Part shown: positions 51,921 to 64,000 of the stretch, in pieces | How positions within the stretch are numbered: the stretch's first letter is position 1 | How the letters are laid out: each line of letters begins with the position of its first letter | Source: Azolla caroliniana | Lineage: Eukaryota > Plantae > Polypodiophyta | Direction of reading: 5' to 3' | Assembly: GCA_043228905.1 (NCBI GenBank) | Contig: JBHGNT010000002.1 | Coordinates: 23,126,001 to 23,190,000 of the forward strand | DNA: 64,000 nt | Translations under genes and position numbers: made by a program | The notes under the pieces: model-generated | Told to the model about the DNA's origin: nothing | Seen by the model: only the letters and a program-made list of their open reading frames with translations | The model's database searches: none

Positions 51921-54900
51921 CGTGGACAACTTACTAGGGTAGATTTGTAATTAGTAGTTCAAGAGCACTTGCCCTAAAATAGTTGGTATTTAAACCAACC
52001 TTTTGTAACTGTGTATCCGTTGGATGTAATATATAGACTTCTTGTTTAGAGCTCTCTCTCTTTCTCTCTGTTGCTTCACGTGCACACACATACTCATTCA
52101 CATACAAAGCTTACTTCCGCTGCATAGGTAGCTTGTCATGGTATTAGAGCGTGTGGTAGCTTGATCCAAGCCCAACAACAAGATACGTGTGTTGTGCTTA
52201 GGCTCGTATTCAGAGAGAATTGACTGATCACTATATAACTCACATCAAGAGTAGAAGAAGTTTGACAATGAACACTCAGATGGGAAGCGCTCTTCCCACC
52301 GAGAAGCTCGATAGAACAAACTTCACATCTTGGGGGTACAAGATGCATCAGTACCTTGTCAGACAAGGTTACTGGAGCTACATCAAGGGAGCTCACGAAA
52401 TGCAACCCAACCCGACACACGCTGACTACCTAGCGTGGGAGCAGGCCACAAGCCGTGTGTTGTACTACCTTGCATCATGCGTTCATGACCACATGCTTGG
52501 CTATATTCGAGATTCGAAAACGCCAAAAGAAGCTTGGGGAAACCTCAAGAAGATTTTTGCGGCCAACACTACTGCACGAAAGCTCCAACTTCAACAAGAG
52601 CTAAACAACATGCAACAAAAGGATATGTCAATCACCGACTAGACCTTGAAGATCAAGGAGCTATGTGATGCCCTCGGATCGATCAATGTCATCATCAATG
52701 ATGACGAAATGTTGCAAATATGCTTCGATGGCTTAGCACCACGATTCGGCACGATGAGGTCGACCATTCTCGCAAGGGAGAACCCACCTTTCTTTTTAGA
52801 CCTTCAATCGATATTGTTGGTGGAAGAAAACCATGCCCGACAAAGGAGCAATGCATCATATGGTCAGATGCTCTACTCTCAATCGGATGATAGAAGAGGA
52901 TTCAGCTGAGGAAATAGAGGTCGATTCGGCCGAGGGCGATAGGGTCAGTCGACTTGAGAATGCAACTCTCACCAGTGGCAAGACGATAGGAGTAATGCCA
53001 GAGAGTTCGGTAGAAGGGGGAGCTATCGTTCCAGACTGAGAAATCGTAACAACCCAATCATATACAGGTACTATGGAAAACTCGGTCACTATGAAGAGGA
53101 GTACCGAAAAAAGATACGAGACTCAGCTTCAACTAGCCGACAATTCACTAACTACGCTTCAAATTCTGACTACAATGATCGAGGTGGAATGTTTATGATG
53201 AGGCACAAAACACATTCGATGTCGGCGCAAGCTTCAACTAGCACACCTTCTTCAGACAACGTATGGTTTGTCGACTCAGGTGAATCCAATCATATGACGT
53301 CCCATGAAGATTGGTTCCGAGAACTACGAAAGCCTGATTGGCCCGACTATGTCAAAACCGGAGATAACACACACAACTCACTCAATTCGGCATATCAGAA
53401 ACATCCCATTTGGGAACGATGATAAACAAACCTATCTCAAAAACGTCTTGCATGTCCTAACTATCACGAAAAACTTGGTCTCGGTCGGCCAGATTGTCAA
53501 ACAAGGTATGCAAGTACGATTCAATAATGAAGGGTTCTTTATCGAAAAAGACGATCAAATCATAGTTCACAGTCGTCGAGAAGGCCGAATGTTCCTCCTC
53601 GACTTGGAAGAGGTGAAATCGACTATGTTCACGAAAGGCATCAAAGTCAAAACCAACTTGAAACTATGGCACAAGAGAATTGGCCACATCAATTTCCAAA
53701 AGCTCCAGAACATGCAATCGAAAGGAGTCATAATCAGACTTCCAAACTTTATGGATAGAGAGATTACGAGCATATGCGAAGTGTGCCAGTTTGGAAAACA
53801 ATGCCGACATCCATTCCCGAAAGAGAGGAATGTGAGCGAAGGGATCCTAGATGTAGTACATTAAGATGTGTGGGGACTAGCCCAGATGGCAACATTTGAT
53901 GGTTGCCGATACTATGTCACGTTCATCGACGACTTCTCCAGGCACGCATGGATCTACCCAATGAGACAAAAGAGCAAAGTTTCGGCCACTTCCAAAAGTT
54001 TAAAAATGAAGTCGAAAAAGCCACGGGTCGGCAGGTACGTTGCCTTCAATCGGATGGAGGCAATGAATATTTCTCAGACGAGTTTATGGCATATCTTCGA
54101 AAGGAAGGAATATGACGAGAATTCTCGTGCCGACACACACCTCAACAAAATGGAGTAGACGAACGAAAGAACCGTCACATAGTAGAGGCGGCAAGGACCA
54201 TGATGAACGAGAAGAACCTGCCGAAATCGTACTAGGCAGAAGTGGCTAACATAGCTGTCTACCTCATGAACATTTCTATAACCTCGTGGGTACATGGCGT
54301 TGCCCCTCATGAGAAGTTTTTCGAAAAGAAGCCGTATCTATCACATGTTTGGATATTTGGCTCAATTGCGTATGTACATATTCCCGATGAAAAGTGACAA
54401 AAGCTTGATCCGAAGTCGGAGAAATGTATCCTCGTAGGGTACTCACTAGAACAAAAGGGGTACAAATTTTACAATCCTTCTACCCGAAAAGCTTGAGTAA
54501 GTTGATGATGGAAATAATCGACACTTTCCAAACTTCACTTCTCGGCCACAACCAAGGAAACACACGAATCGTTGTTGCAGAAAATGGGAAATACAAAAGT
54601 AAGTAAGTGGACACGCGATTTAACGTGGAAAACCCTGTACGGGAAAAACCACGGGAGTACAAGACTCCGAACCAAAACTATGCACAGAGAAATATACAAT
54701 GGCGAGCTGCAAGGCGACGACCTTGAGCTCGCTGTCCTCGCCACAGGCGGCGGAATTACACAGAGGCGTCGACCTCTTCCTTCTCTCACGCTCTATCTCT
54801 CTCACGGCTACTCTCTCTTCACTCCTCTTGAGTGGAAAAACAGAAAAATGAGTAGCAACAACAAACTGTTTGCCCTAAGTCATATTTATACACATATGAC

Positions 54901-55223
54901 TTTCGGGCTATTTACAAATATAGCCTCAAGGGCCCTTGGCAAACATATTCACAAATATGTCCCCGCATCCGGATCTCTCTCCGGGTACATACGTCATCCG
55001 GCTCCGAAGCCGGGGTCTTCAACATCCGGCTCCGTAACCGGGGTCTTCAGCATCCGGCTCCGTAACCGGGGTCTTCATCATCCGGATCCGTAGCCGGGTA
55101 CTCTTCATCCGGCTTCATGCCGGGTACTCTTCATCACCCGGTTCCGTAACAGTCTCCGGGCTTGCAGTCATTCATCTCCGGACATCCCATCCGGAGGGAC
55201 CGAAATCCCAACAAACTCCCCCT

Positions 55224-58200
55224 TCACTTCGGCATGGGATGTTTCTCCAACCCGATCCTCTTCCGGCATGCTTCCAGCTTGTCGGGTGTGAGCACCTTGG
55301 TCAGCATATCCGACCCGTTCTCGTCCGTGTGGATCTTCGTCAGCACGAACTCCTTGTCTTTTATCCTTTCCCGGATCCAGTGATATCTTCGCTGGATGTG
55401 CTTCGTCCGGGAGTGATAGGCCGCGTTCTTCGCAAGGTGGATTGCACTCTGACTGTCGCAGTAGAGTCGGTACTCCTCCTGCCGGATACCGAGCTCTCCA
55501 ATGAAGTCCTTCATCCATATTATTTCCTTGCCGGCTTCAACAGCCGCCATGTACTCCGCCTCCGTGGTTGACAACGCAACCGTCTTCTGCAGCCTCGACT
55601 GCCAGGAAACAGCTCCCCCTGCATACGTCATCACATACCCTGATGTGGACCGGCTGGTATCTGCATCAGCCGACATATCCGAATCGGTGAAGCTGTCGAG
55701 TTCGGGTTTACCGGAGCCGAATCGGAGGCACACGTTTGCTGTGCCCTTCAGGTATCGGAGTATCCACTTGGCCGCGTTCCAATGCTCTTTGCCGGGATTG
55801 CTCATGTACCGGCTCACCACTCCGACTGCATATCCTATGTCCGGTCGGGTACACACCATTGCGTACATCAAGCTCCCGACGGCAGAGGCATATGGTACTT
55901 TCATCATGTCCTCCTTCTCAGCCTTTGTCTTGGGGCTTTGCTTGCTGGACAGCTTGCAGTTTGTCGGGAGTGTTGACCCGACCGGTTTTGCTTCGACATG
56001 TTGAACCGGTGAAGCACTTTTGTCACGTACTTCTCCTGTGACAGCCACAACTGCTTCTTCTTCCGGTCCCGGATGATGTGCATCCCTAGTATTTGCCTCG
56101 CCGGACCCAGGTCTTTCATTGAGAAGGTTCGGTGAAGAGCCTTCTTCAGCATCCGTATCTTGACCTGGTCTCGTCCGACGATCAACATGTCGTCCACGTA
56201 CAGGAGGAGTATTAGAAAGTCTCCTCCTTCGAACTTCTTCACAAACACGCAGTGATCGGACTGCGTTTTGTGGTACCCTTCGTCGGTCATGAAGGAGTCG
56301 AACTTCCGGTACCACTGCCGGGGAGCCTGCTTCAGACCGTAAAGGCTCTTCTTCAACCGGCATACCAGATGCTCCTTCCCTTTCTTCTCGAATCCTTCCG
56401 GTTGCTGCATGTAGATCTCTTCTTCGAGGTCCCCGTGAAGGAATGCCGTCTTCACGTCCATCTGTTCTACCTCGAGGTCCATGCTTGCCGCTATGCTCAG
56501 CACCGTCCGGATGGAGGTCATCTTCACTACCGGGGCAAATATCTCGTCGAAGTCGACGCCCTTCTTCTGCTGAAACCCCTTCACCACGATCCTGGCTTTG
56601 TATCTCGGGGGGTTTCCGGCATCTCCCGGTTTCAGCTTGAACACCCACTTGTTACGGAGTGCCCGTTTTCCTTTCGGCAACTCCACAAGTTCATATGTGT
56701 GGTTCTCATGCAGGGAATCCATCTCCTCCTGCATGGCACTTAACCACCTGCGGCTATGGGTGTCAAGTTTAGCTTCTTCAAAGCTCTCCGGCTCCCCCTC
56801 GTCGGTTAGCAGCACGTGCTCTGGTTCCGGAAATCTCCGGGGGGCCCTTCTCTCTCTTAGAGGATATCTCCGTTCCGGAGCTTCGGTAACCGGTTCTTCC
56901 GATTCTTCTTCATCCGAATCCATTTCGGGATCGGGGCCGGTTCCGGTATCATTTTCATCTTCTTCGGCCGGTTCTGTTTCTTCACCGTCTTCGGCCGGAT
57001 CTTCGAGTGTTAATCGGTCCCTTGCCGGTCGGGACTGCTCCTCGTAGAGTTTATCCTCACCGGTCGACTTGGAGCTCTTCATCTTCTTCTCCGACTCCCA
57101 GTCGGCGAGTGTCTTGTTCTCCATGAAGATGATATCACGACTCCGGAATATCTTCTTGTCGACCGGGTCCCATACTCGGTAGCCGAACTCGTCATCGCCG
57201 TAACCGAGGAATATGCATGGCCGGGTCTTTGGATCTAGCTTTCCTCTCCGGTCCTTTGCCACATGCACATATGCGAGACACCCGAATACCTTCAGATGCC
57301 GGTAGGACACTTCCTTACCGGTCCACACTCTCTGTGGCGTGTCTCCATCCAGGGGTACTGAGGGTGATCTATTTATCACATATGTCGCCGTCGACATTGC
57401 CTCAGCCCAAAATCCCTTGGGTAATTTCGCATGTGCCAGCATACTCCGGACCCTCTCCATTATGGTCCGGTTCATCCTCTTGGCCAGCCCGTTCAGTTCC
57501 GGCGTCTTCGGCACAGTAAACTCGAGCCGGATTCCCATCGAACGGCAATACTCCTCAAATTGCCCTCGGTATTCTCCTCCGTTATCCGCTCGTAGTGCTT
57601 TCAGCTTCTTGCCGGATTCTCTTTCCACTCTCGCGTGGAGTTCTTTGAAGACGGACAATACTTGGTCCTTTGTCTTCAACGGTGCCGTCCACAGCTTCCG
57701 GCTGTGGTCATCTATGAATGTTACGAAGTACTGGGCTCCGCCATGTGACTTCGTTTCTACCTGACACACATCAGTGTGCACCAACTCCAATGGTGCGCTA
57801 CGTCTCGTCGGTGGCCTTGAGTGGAAGGAGGTTCGGTTCTGCTTACCGGCCAGGCAATCGGTGCACTTCTCCAGGTGCACATGCTTTACTGGAATAAGGT
57901 TGTCTTCTGCAAGCCTCTTCATCCCCTTCTCACTCATGTGGCACAGTCTCTTGTGCCACAGCTCACCGGCAGTGTCGGCTGCCACGTTCAACTCTTTCGG
58001 ACACAACCGGGCATTCATAAGGTACAATGTGTTGACTTTCCGGGCCCGAGCCACTATCAGGCTCCCCTTGCTGAACTTCATTACGCCGTTCCGGATGCTA
58101 CCTGTGTAGCCTTCATCGTCTAGCCTCCCGGCCGAAATCAGGTTCAATCGAACCTCCGGAACGTGTCGGACATCCTTCAGCAGCATTTTGCATCCGGTCG

Positions 58201-59371
58201 GGGTTGTCAACCACACGTCTCCTATGCCGGTGTCGTGCCTTTCGGCTCCGGATCGTTGCGTGAACGTTTTTCACGTAGTGTACAAAATACACTACGACAC
58301 CGGCAATCCGGCACGTACCTTCATTTCCCATCCGAACACAGCCATGCTCACCGACTGTGTAGGATGAGAAGTATCTTCTCTCCGGGGTCAGGTGGAACGA
58401 TGCTCCGGAATCGACCACCCAGGTCGTCTCATCGCCGGCAATGTTTAGTTCACCTTCTTCGGTGATGAGCATTATCTCTTCTTCACTTGCCGCGAGTGCC
58501 GTCGTTCCTTTCCGGTCCTGCCCTCGCCGATCCGAACCATTCCGGTCCGTGGCTCCCCGGTAAGCACCGTTCCGATCCGAAGACTTCTTCGAATCGGTGT
58601 CGTCGGCTCCGTTGTCTTTTCGGTAATGCCGACAATTCTTTCGGAAGTGCCCCGGCTTCCCACAGTGGAAGCATGTGGGCCTTCCTCTTGACTGCGACCG
58701 GGTCCCCGACTTCTCCCGTCTTTGCGGACTCCGGTTCCGTTGTCTTCCCCGATCCGATTCGGTATTTACAACATCTTCGGATCGGAGGCCGGTTCTTTAT
58801 CTCTCTGACGCGCTTCTTCGTTCAAGATACTTGTCTTTACCATTTGTAGGGACAAATTATCTTCGGTGCAGGAGGTGCTGAGAGTCACCTCCAAGTTCTC
58901 CCAACTTTCCGGCAATGTACACATCAGAATGATGGCTTGCATTGCATCCTCCAGCGGGAACTTGATCGCCGCAAGCTGGTTCACGAATCCCATGAACGTG
59001 CTTACGTGTTCCACCATACTCTCGCCGTCCCGGTACTTGAGGTTCACTATCTTCCTCATCAGGGAGGTCCGGTTCAACGCATTCTTCCTCTCGTAGAGGC
59101 CCGACAGCTTCCGCCACATCTCATATGCGTTGGTGTCGTTCGCCACATGTTGTAGAACGCTCACGTCGACATATTGCCGAATGGTTGCAACGGCTTTCCG
59201 GTTCAGAAGCCTCCATTCCGACTCAAGTACCCCCTTCGGTATTTCCGACCTGTCAATCGGTTCGTACAGGTCCCGAACAATCAGAAGATCCTCCATCTTG
59301 ATCTTCCAGTCGGCGTAATTCTGCGCATTCAGCACCATCATCCCCGGCTGCCCGCTGCCGCCGCCTTCCAT
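55224..59371 (-). pseudogene. Copia 2 gag-pol polyprotein with three frame disruptions
   Basis: ATG at 59371 (MEGGGSG). CFHCGKPGHFRKNC, WVVDSGAS, INT FIDDHSR/ADNGGEY, RT YGLKQAPRQW/YVDD, RH CDSQSAIHLAKN...SDMLTK. Frameshifts at ~58775 and ~55995, plus a 73-bp insertion (69 bp + TSD) at 58231. Confidence 0.9.
58231..58299. mobile_element. 69-bp micro-insertion with TGTCGT...ACGACA termini and 4-bp TSD
   Basis: TSD CCGG at 58227-58230 and 58300-58303. Removing the insert and one TSD copy restores GTCRIAG-IGDVWLTTPTG in the copia polyprotein. Confidence 0.85.
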
Positions 59372-60361
59372 TTTCTGCAGCAGCTCGCTCTGATACCAAA
59401 TTGATGGAAATAATCGACACTTTCCAAACTTCACTTCTCGGCCACAACCAAGGAAACACACGAATCGTTGTTGCAGAAAATGGGAAATACAAAAGTAAGT
59501 AAGTGGACACGCGATTTAACGTGGAAAACCCTGTACGGGAAAAACCACGGGAGTACAAGACTCCGAACCAAAACTATGCACAGAGAAATATACAATGGCG
59601 AGCTGCAAGGCGACGACCTTGAGCTCGCTGTCCTCGCCATAGGCGGCGGAATTACACAGAGGCGTCGACCTCTTCCTTCTCTCACGCTCTATCTCTCTCA
59701 CGGCTACTCTCTCTTCACTCCTCTTGAGTGGAAAAACAGAAAAATGAGTAGCAACAACAAACTGTTTGCCCTAAGTCATATTTATACACATATGACTTTC
59801 GGGCTATTTACAAATATAGCCTCAAGGGCCCTTGGCAAACATATTCACAAATATGTCCCCGCATCCGGATCTCTCTCCGGGTACATACGTCATCCGGCTC
59901 CGAAGCCGGGGTCTTCAGCATCCGGCTCCGTAACCGGGGTCTTCAGCATCCGGCTCCGTAACCGGGGTCTTCATCATCCGGATCCGTAGCCGGGTACTCT
60001 TCATCCGGCTTCATGCCGGGTACTCTTCATCACCCGGTTCCGTAACAGTCTCCGGGCTTGCAGTCATTCATCTCCGGACATCCCATCCGGAGGGACCGAA
60101 ATCCCAACAGTTGAGACATCGTTTTCAACGAGATGACATCCTGGTATGAACCAGAGTCGACTCCGATTTCGACCCCAATCGGCCCAGAATCGGCCTAACA
60201 AGAGACAAAAGAAGAAGATCTACTCAGGCGCATGTTCGAAGAAAGTTCAATCACGAAGATCCAATTGAAATCGAGTTGACTCACTCTCTCCACAGTGAGT
60301 TTGAAGGCCTTGATTGTTGGGGACAAGGTCGTCAATGCAGAAGAACAAACAACATCTATGA

Positions 60362-60396
60362 TGTTGAAGGACCTGTGTATGAGAATGAACAAGATA

Positions 60397-60428
<32 letters not shown>

Positions 60429-63400
60429 CACAAAGAAACGTTTTATTTCTTAATAGCAACGGTTACAAATGACAACCAACACCACTAAAGGTTACAAAGT
60501 CACTTTATATAGTGACTATCCTAGGGCAACTGCCCTTTATGCTATTTACAAAAATAGCCCAAACTTGGGTTGTCCAAAGGGACAGTGTGAATACGGCCAT
60601 TATACACTCCTATTCGACAATCCCCCGTAATGGGTGTATACATGGGTTATCTGAAATTACAGGTATATACAAGGTTTATCGGATAGATCGGTTTTGTTCG
60701 AGTCGGCAAGATCTAAAGACAGAGGACCGAACCGGTTGGGTTGGAAGAGCTAAAGCCGATCCTTAAAAAACCGATGTCGGTTGTCCAAAACCATCATGTG
60801 CTGTGTGTCCGACTTTAACCGGACCGATTTTTCGTTACGCCCATCTGGTGCCGAAGGGACCGGAAACGATCCGCCGAAAGACACTTGGTCATTCATCCTG
60901 CGACATTATCAGTTGTGGATATCTTCTTGAGACTGATTTTCCCTGAGATGACGTAGTCCCGAACGAAGTGATATCGAACGTCGATATGCTTAGAGGCATT
61001 GTGGTGAACCGGATTTTTTGACAAGGCAACAACACCCTGACTGTCGTTGTAGACAACTAGAGCCGAGTCGGAGTCGACCTGTCGAAATGTGTGCGCCAAC
61101 CGACCGAGCCATAAAGCTTCTTTTGCCGCATCGGACGCAGCTACATGTTCCGCTTAGGTCGTTGATGTGGCTGTGCACTCCTGAATTTTCGACTTCCACG
61201 AGATTGCTCCATTGCCGAATTTGAAACAATATCCGGTTGTTGATTTCCGACTGTCCACATAGCCGGCGAAGTCCGAGTCGGTGTAACCGACTACGCCTAA
61301 GGTTGATTTCGGGCCAAAAAGAATGTCGTGGTCTTTTGTGCCACTAGATATCTAAACACATGCTTGATTGCGTTCCAATGTGATCGGCCGGGGTTGTGCA
61401 TGAATCTACTGACGACTCCTACGACGTGAGAAATATCAGGTCGTGTCGCGTCCATTGCGTACATGAGGGAGCCGACTGCCGGTGCATACGAGACCGACTT
61501 CATATCTTCCCCCTCCAGACTTGATGTCGGGCAGTCTCGCTGAGATAGCCGAAGGTTGATGGGGAGCGGGGTTGAAGCAGACTTGGCTGAGTGCATGTTG
61601 AAGCGTTCCAGGACACGTCCGATGTAGTCAGTTTGAGACAAGAAAAGTTGTCGTGTATCGCAATGCTGACTAATCTTCATACTGAGTATGTGTCTTGCCA
61701 GACCGAGGTCCTTCATGGCAAACTTCAACCACAGTTGTCGAACGAGTTTGGTGAGCTCTCAGGCATGCAGACCGGAGAGTAGCCTGTCGTCCACGTAGAT
61801 GATCAGGAAGACGGGAGACCCATCTTGAGCTGTTTTGGTGAAGAGAGAGTGGCCCTCATCGCTTTTGGAGAAGCCGACCGACTGGATGAAGTCGTCAAAC
61901 TTCTTGTAACACTGTCGGGGTGCTTGTTTCAGGCCGTATAAACTCTTCCTGAGTCGGCAGACTAGATGTTCCTAGCCGGATGCCACAAAGCCTTTCGGCT
62001 GCTCCATATAGATTTCCTCCTATAGGTCACCGTGGAGGAATGTCGTTTTTACATCTAGCTGAATCAGCTCCAAGTTGTCGGCGGCCACGACGCCGAGCAT
62101 GAAACGAAGGGTCGTCATTTTCACCACTGGTGAAAAGATTTCGTTGAAGTCGACGCCAAATTCTTGTCGAAATCCCTTCGCAACTAATCTGGCCTTGTAC
62201 TTTGGGGTGTTTGAGTCGGACGTCTCTTTTAGTCGATAGACCCACTTACACGGAAGAGCACGTCGATTCTTTGGTAATTCAACCAAGTCCCAGGTCTTGT
62301 TTGCCCGAATGGAGTGCATTTCTGACTCCATCGCGAGATGCCATGTGGTTGAATCGGCAGATGCCGATGCTTCTTAGTAAGACGTCGGTTCGACGGCGTC
62401 GGTAAAGAAAATTCCGGGAGAGTACCTCTCTAGAGGTTGCGACAGTCTCTCGGATCTATAAGGTATGACTGAACTAGTCGCACCGGGTGTTAATGTCGGA
62501 TGGTCGGGAGTTGAGCCATTCGGCTCTGCCGAATCGGTGGATTCGGTGCGAGAGTTGTTGGTTACCCGTGAGACCAATCTCGTGTTGTGGGCTGGGCCGT
62601 CATGAATGGTTGGCACTTCGGAAAATATTACCCTTCGGACTTCAATAGGCCTTTCGGCCGTTTTATGCATAGCCGACTCGTTGAACACGACGTCTGAACT
62701 TCAGACGATTTGTCTGTTCTCGGGGTCCCAGAGTCGGTATCTGATCTCACCGTCGGGTCCATATTCAAGAAAAACACATTTCCGTGACCTTGGTTCGAGT
62801 TTCTGGCGGTTGTCTTTCGGTATGAGAGCATACGCCTCGCAGCCGAAGCTCCTCAGTTTGTCATAATTCGGCTTACTGCTGGTCCATATTTCTTGAGGTA
62901 TTTGAAGTCCTAGAGGTCTACTTGGCAACATATTTATTATGCATACTACCGTAAGTAGAGCCTTCGCCTAGAAGCCATCCGACAGTCCGGAGTGTTGGAG
63001 CATGGAGACTATGCGTTCTTGAATCGTCCGCTTCATGCGTTCAACAATTCCGTTCTGCTCCGGACTATAGGGTGTCGTATATTCACGTCCAATGCCGCGT
63101 TCCCGGCAGAATTTGACGAATTCTTCAGACTTGAATTCTCCTCCATTGTCAGTTCGGAGACATTTCAGTTTCCGACCGGTCTGATTTTCGACAATTGCAA
63201 GCCATTCGGAGAAGATCGAGAACATCCGATCTTTGGTTCTCATAGGGTAAGCCCACACCTTCCGAGTTGAGTCGTCAATAAAACTGACGAAGTACGAAGC
63301 ACCACTGAGAGACTGATATGGCATCGGGCCACAGACGTCCGAGTGGACCAAATCGAGTGGGCTCGATTCTCTTGGTGCTAATGTCAGGTGTGATGCGGCT

Positions 63401-64000
63401 ACCTGTTTGCTGTACCAGCAATGCTCGCAGAATTAGTGATCCGAGAAGGAGAGCTTGGGGATGTAACTGGCTCTGGATAGGTGCGTTATGCCGGCCTTTC
63501 TGAGGTGTCCAAGTCGTTCGTGCCATAACGATGACACGGGGATATCAACCATAAACAAGTCACCCTCTTTGAGTGTGACATATAAAGGATACAAGGAATG
63601 TACCTTTGGTCCTCGAGCAAGCAGGAGGTTCCCTTTGTGGAGTGTCCACCATCCCGATGAGAATCCGGCACGGATGCCGGCTTCGTCAAGTTGTCTGACT
63701 GAGATCAAGGGTCTTGAGAGCTCAGGAACGTGTCGGACATTGTGTAGTACGAGTGCAGAGCCTCTCGGAAGATTGAGCTCTACGGTGCCGATTCCAATTA
63801 TAGGACAATGCTGCAAGTTTCCGACTCGAACTGAGTCGGAGTGTCGGTGTTGGTCCGAGTATTGCTGAAACTGAGATCGGTGAGGTGTCACATGATACGA
63901 TGCGCCTGAGTCCAGAAGCCATGTGCTTGATTCCTCAGTCATGAGCAGAACTTCTGATTCGACTGGGTTCTCTATGGACAATCTGTTCAGATTGGTCGTC
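60362..64000 (-). mobile_element. Ty1/copia element 3 (3' LTR and decayed pol; 5' end outside the window)
   Basis: LTR 60362-60619 (TGTCGAA...TTCAACA on the minus strand) with PPT GGGGGAT. RH NDSQG...SKHIDVRYHF, RT KYKARLVAKGF, INT VHSDVCGP/TDNGGEF, PR WLLDSGASYH. Many stops and frameshifts. Confidence 0.9.

Larger units (their letters stand above)
54506..60109 (-). mobile_element. Young full-length Tnt1-like Ty1/copia element 2
   Basis: 708-bp LTRs at 54506-55213 and 59402-60109 with 2 substitutions seen. TSD GTTGA at 54501-54505 and 60110-60114. PBS TGGTATCAGAGC (59387-59398, minus strand). PPT AAGGGGGAG next to 55213. Confidence 0.97.
51921..60260 (+). mobile_element. Old Ty1/copia element 1 (5' LTR, gag-PR-INT), interrupted by copia 2
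   Basis: LTR ~51921-52138 ending TGTCA. PBS TGGTATTAGAGC (tRNA-iMet, 1 mismatch) at 52139. gag from 52268, PR WFVDSG, LWHKRIGH/CEVC, INT YVTFIDDFSR. The frame resumes after 60114 (DIVFNEMTSWY). Many stops. Confidence 0.88.

Noticed and set aside
54572-55093. 173-aa ORF repeated at 59468-59989
   Set aside because: It is an antisense ORF inside the two copia LTRs, running through the GC-rich repeats, with no protein features.
54995-55150. CRISPR-like array
   Set aside because: The units are head-to-tail without unique spacers, lie inside an LTR, the context is eukaryotic, and no cas genes are present.

Overview
Eukaryotic land-plant nuclear DNA. A seed-free plant such as a fern is inferred from the dense PLS-class PPR genes and a tRNA-Trp-primed Ty3/gypsy element with 4-bp TSDs; the species cannot be determined from the sequence. 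The left ~40 kb holds five host genes: an intronless G-type lectin S-domain receptor kinase (non-RD), three intronless PLS-class PPR genes without a DYW domain, and a 7-coding-exon 60S ribosomal protein L17 (uL22) gene with a tandemly duplicated promoter. These are interspersed with L1-like LINE 3' fragments (two with TSDs) and decayed copia remnants. The right ~22 kb is a nested transposon cluster: a gypsy solo LTR split by a full-length relative, an intact hAT-type MITE, a second MITE copy interrupted by an old copia, a young Tnt1-like copia inside that copia, a 69-bp TG...CA micro-element inside the young copia, and a third copia running off the window. No wholly new system can be proven from sequence alone. 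The best leads are (i) three TGTCGT-started, CGACA-ended insertions whose 4-bp TSDs all centre on CpG, including the 69-bp hairpin micro-element, (ii) TATA boxes embedded in inverted repeats in three different copia LTRs, and (iii) a decayed, internally repeated coding sequence of unknown family. Identities and counts were made by eye.
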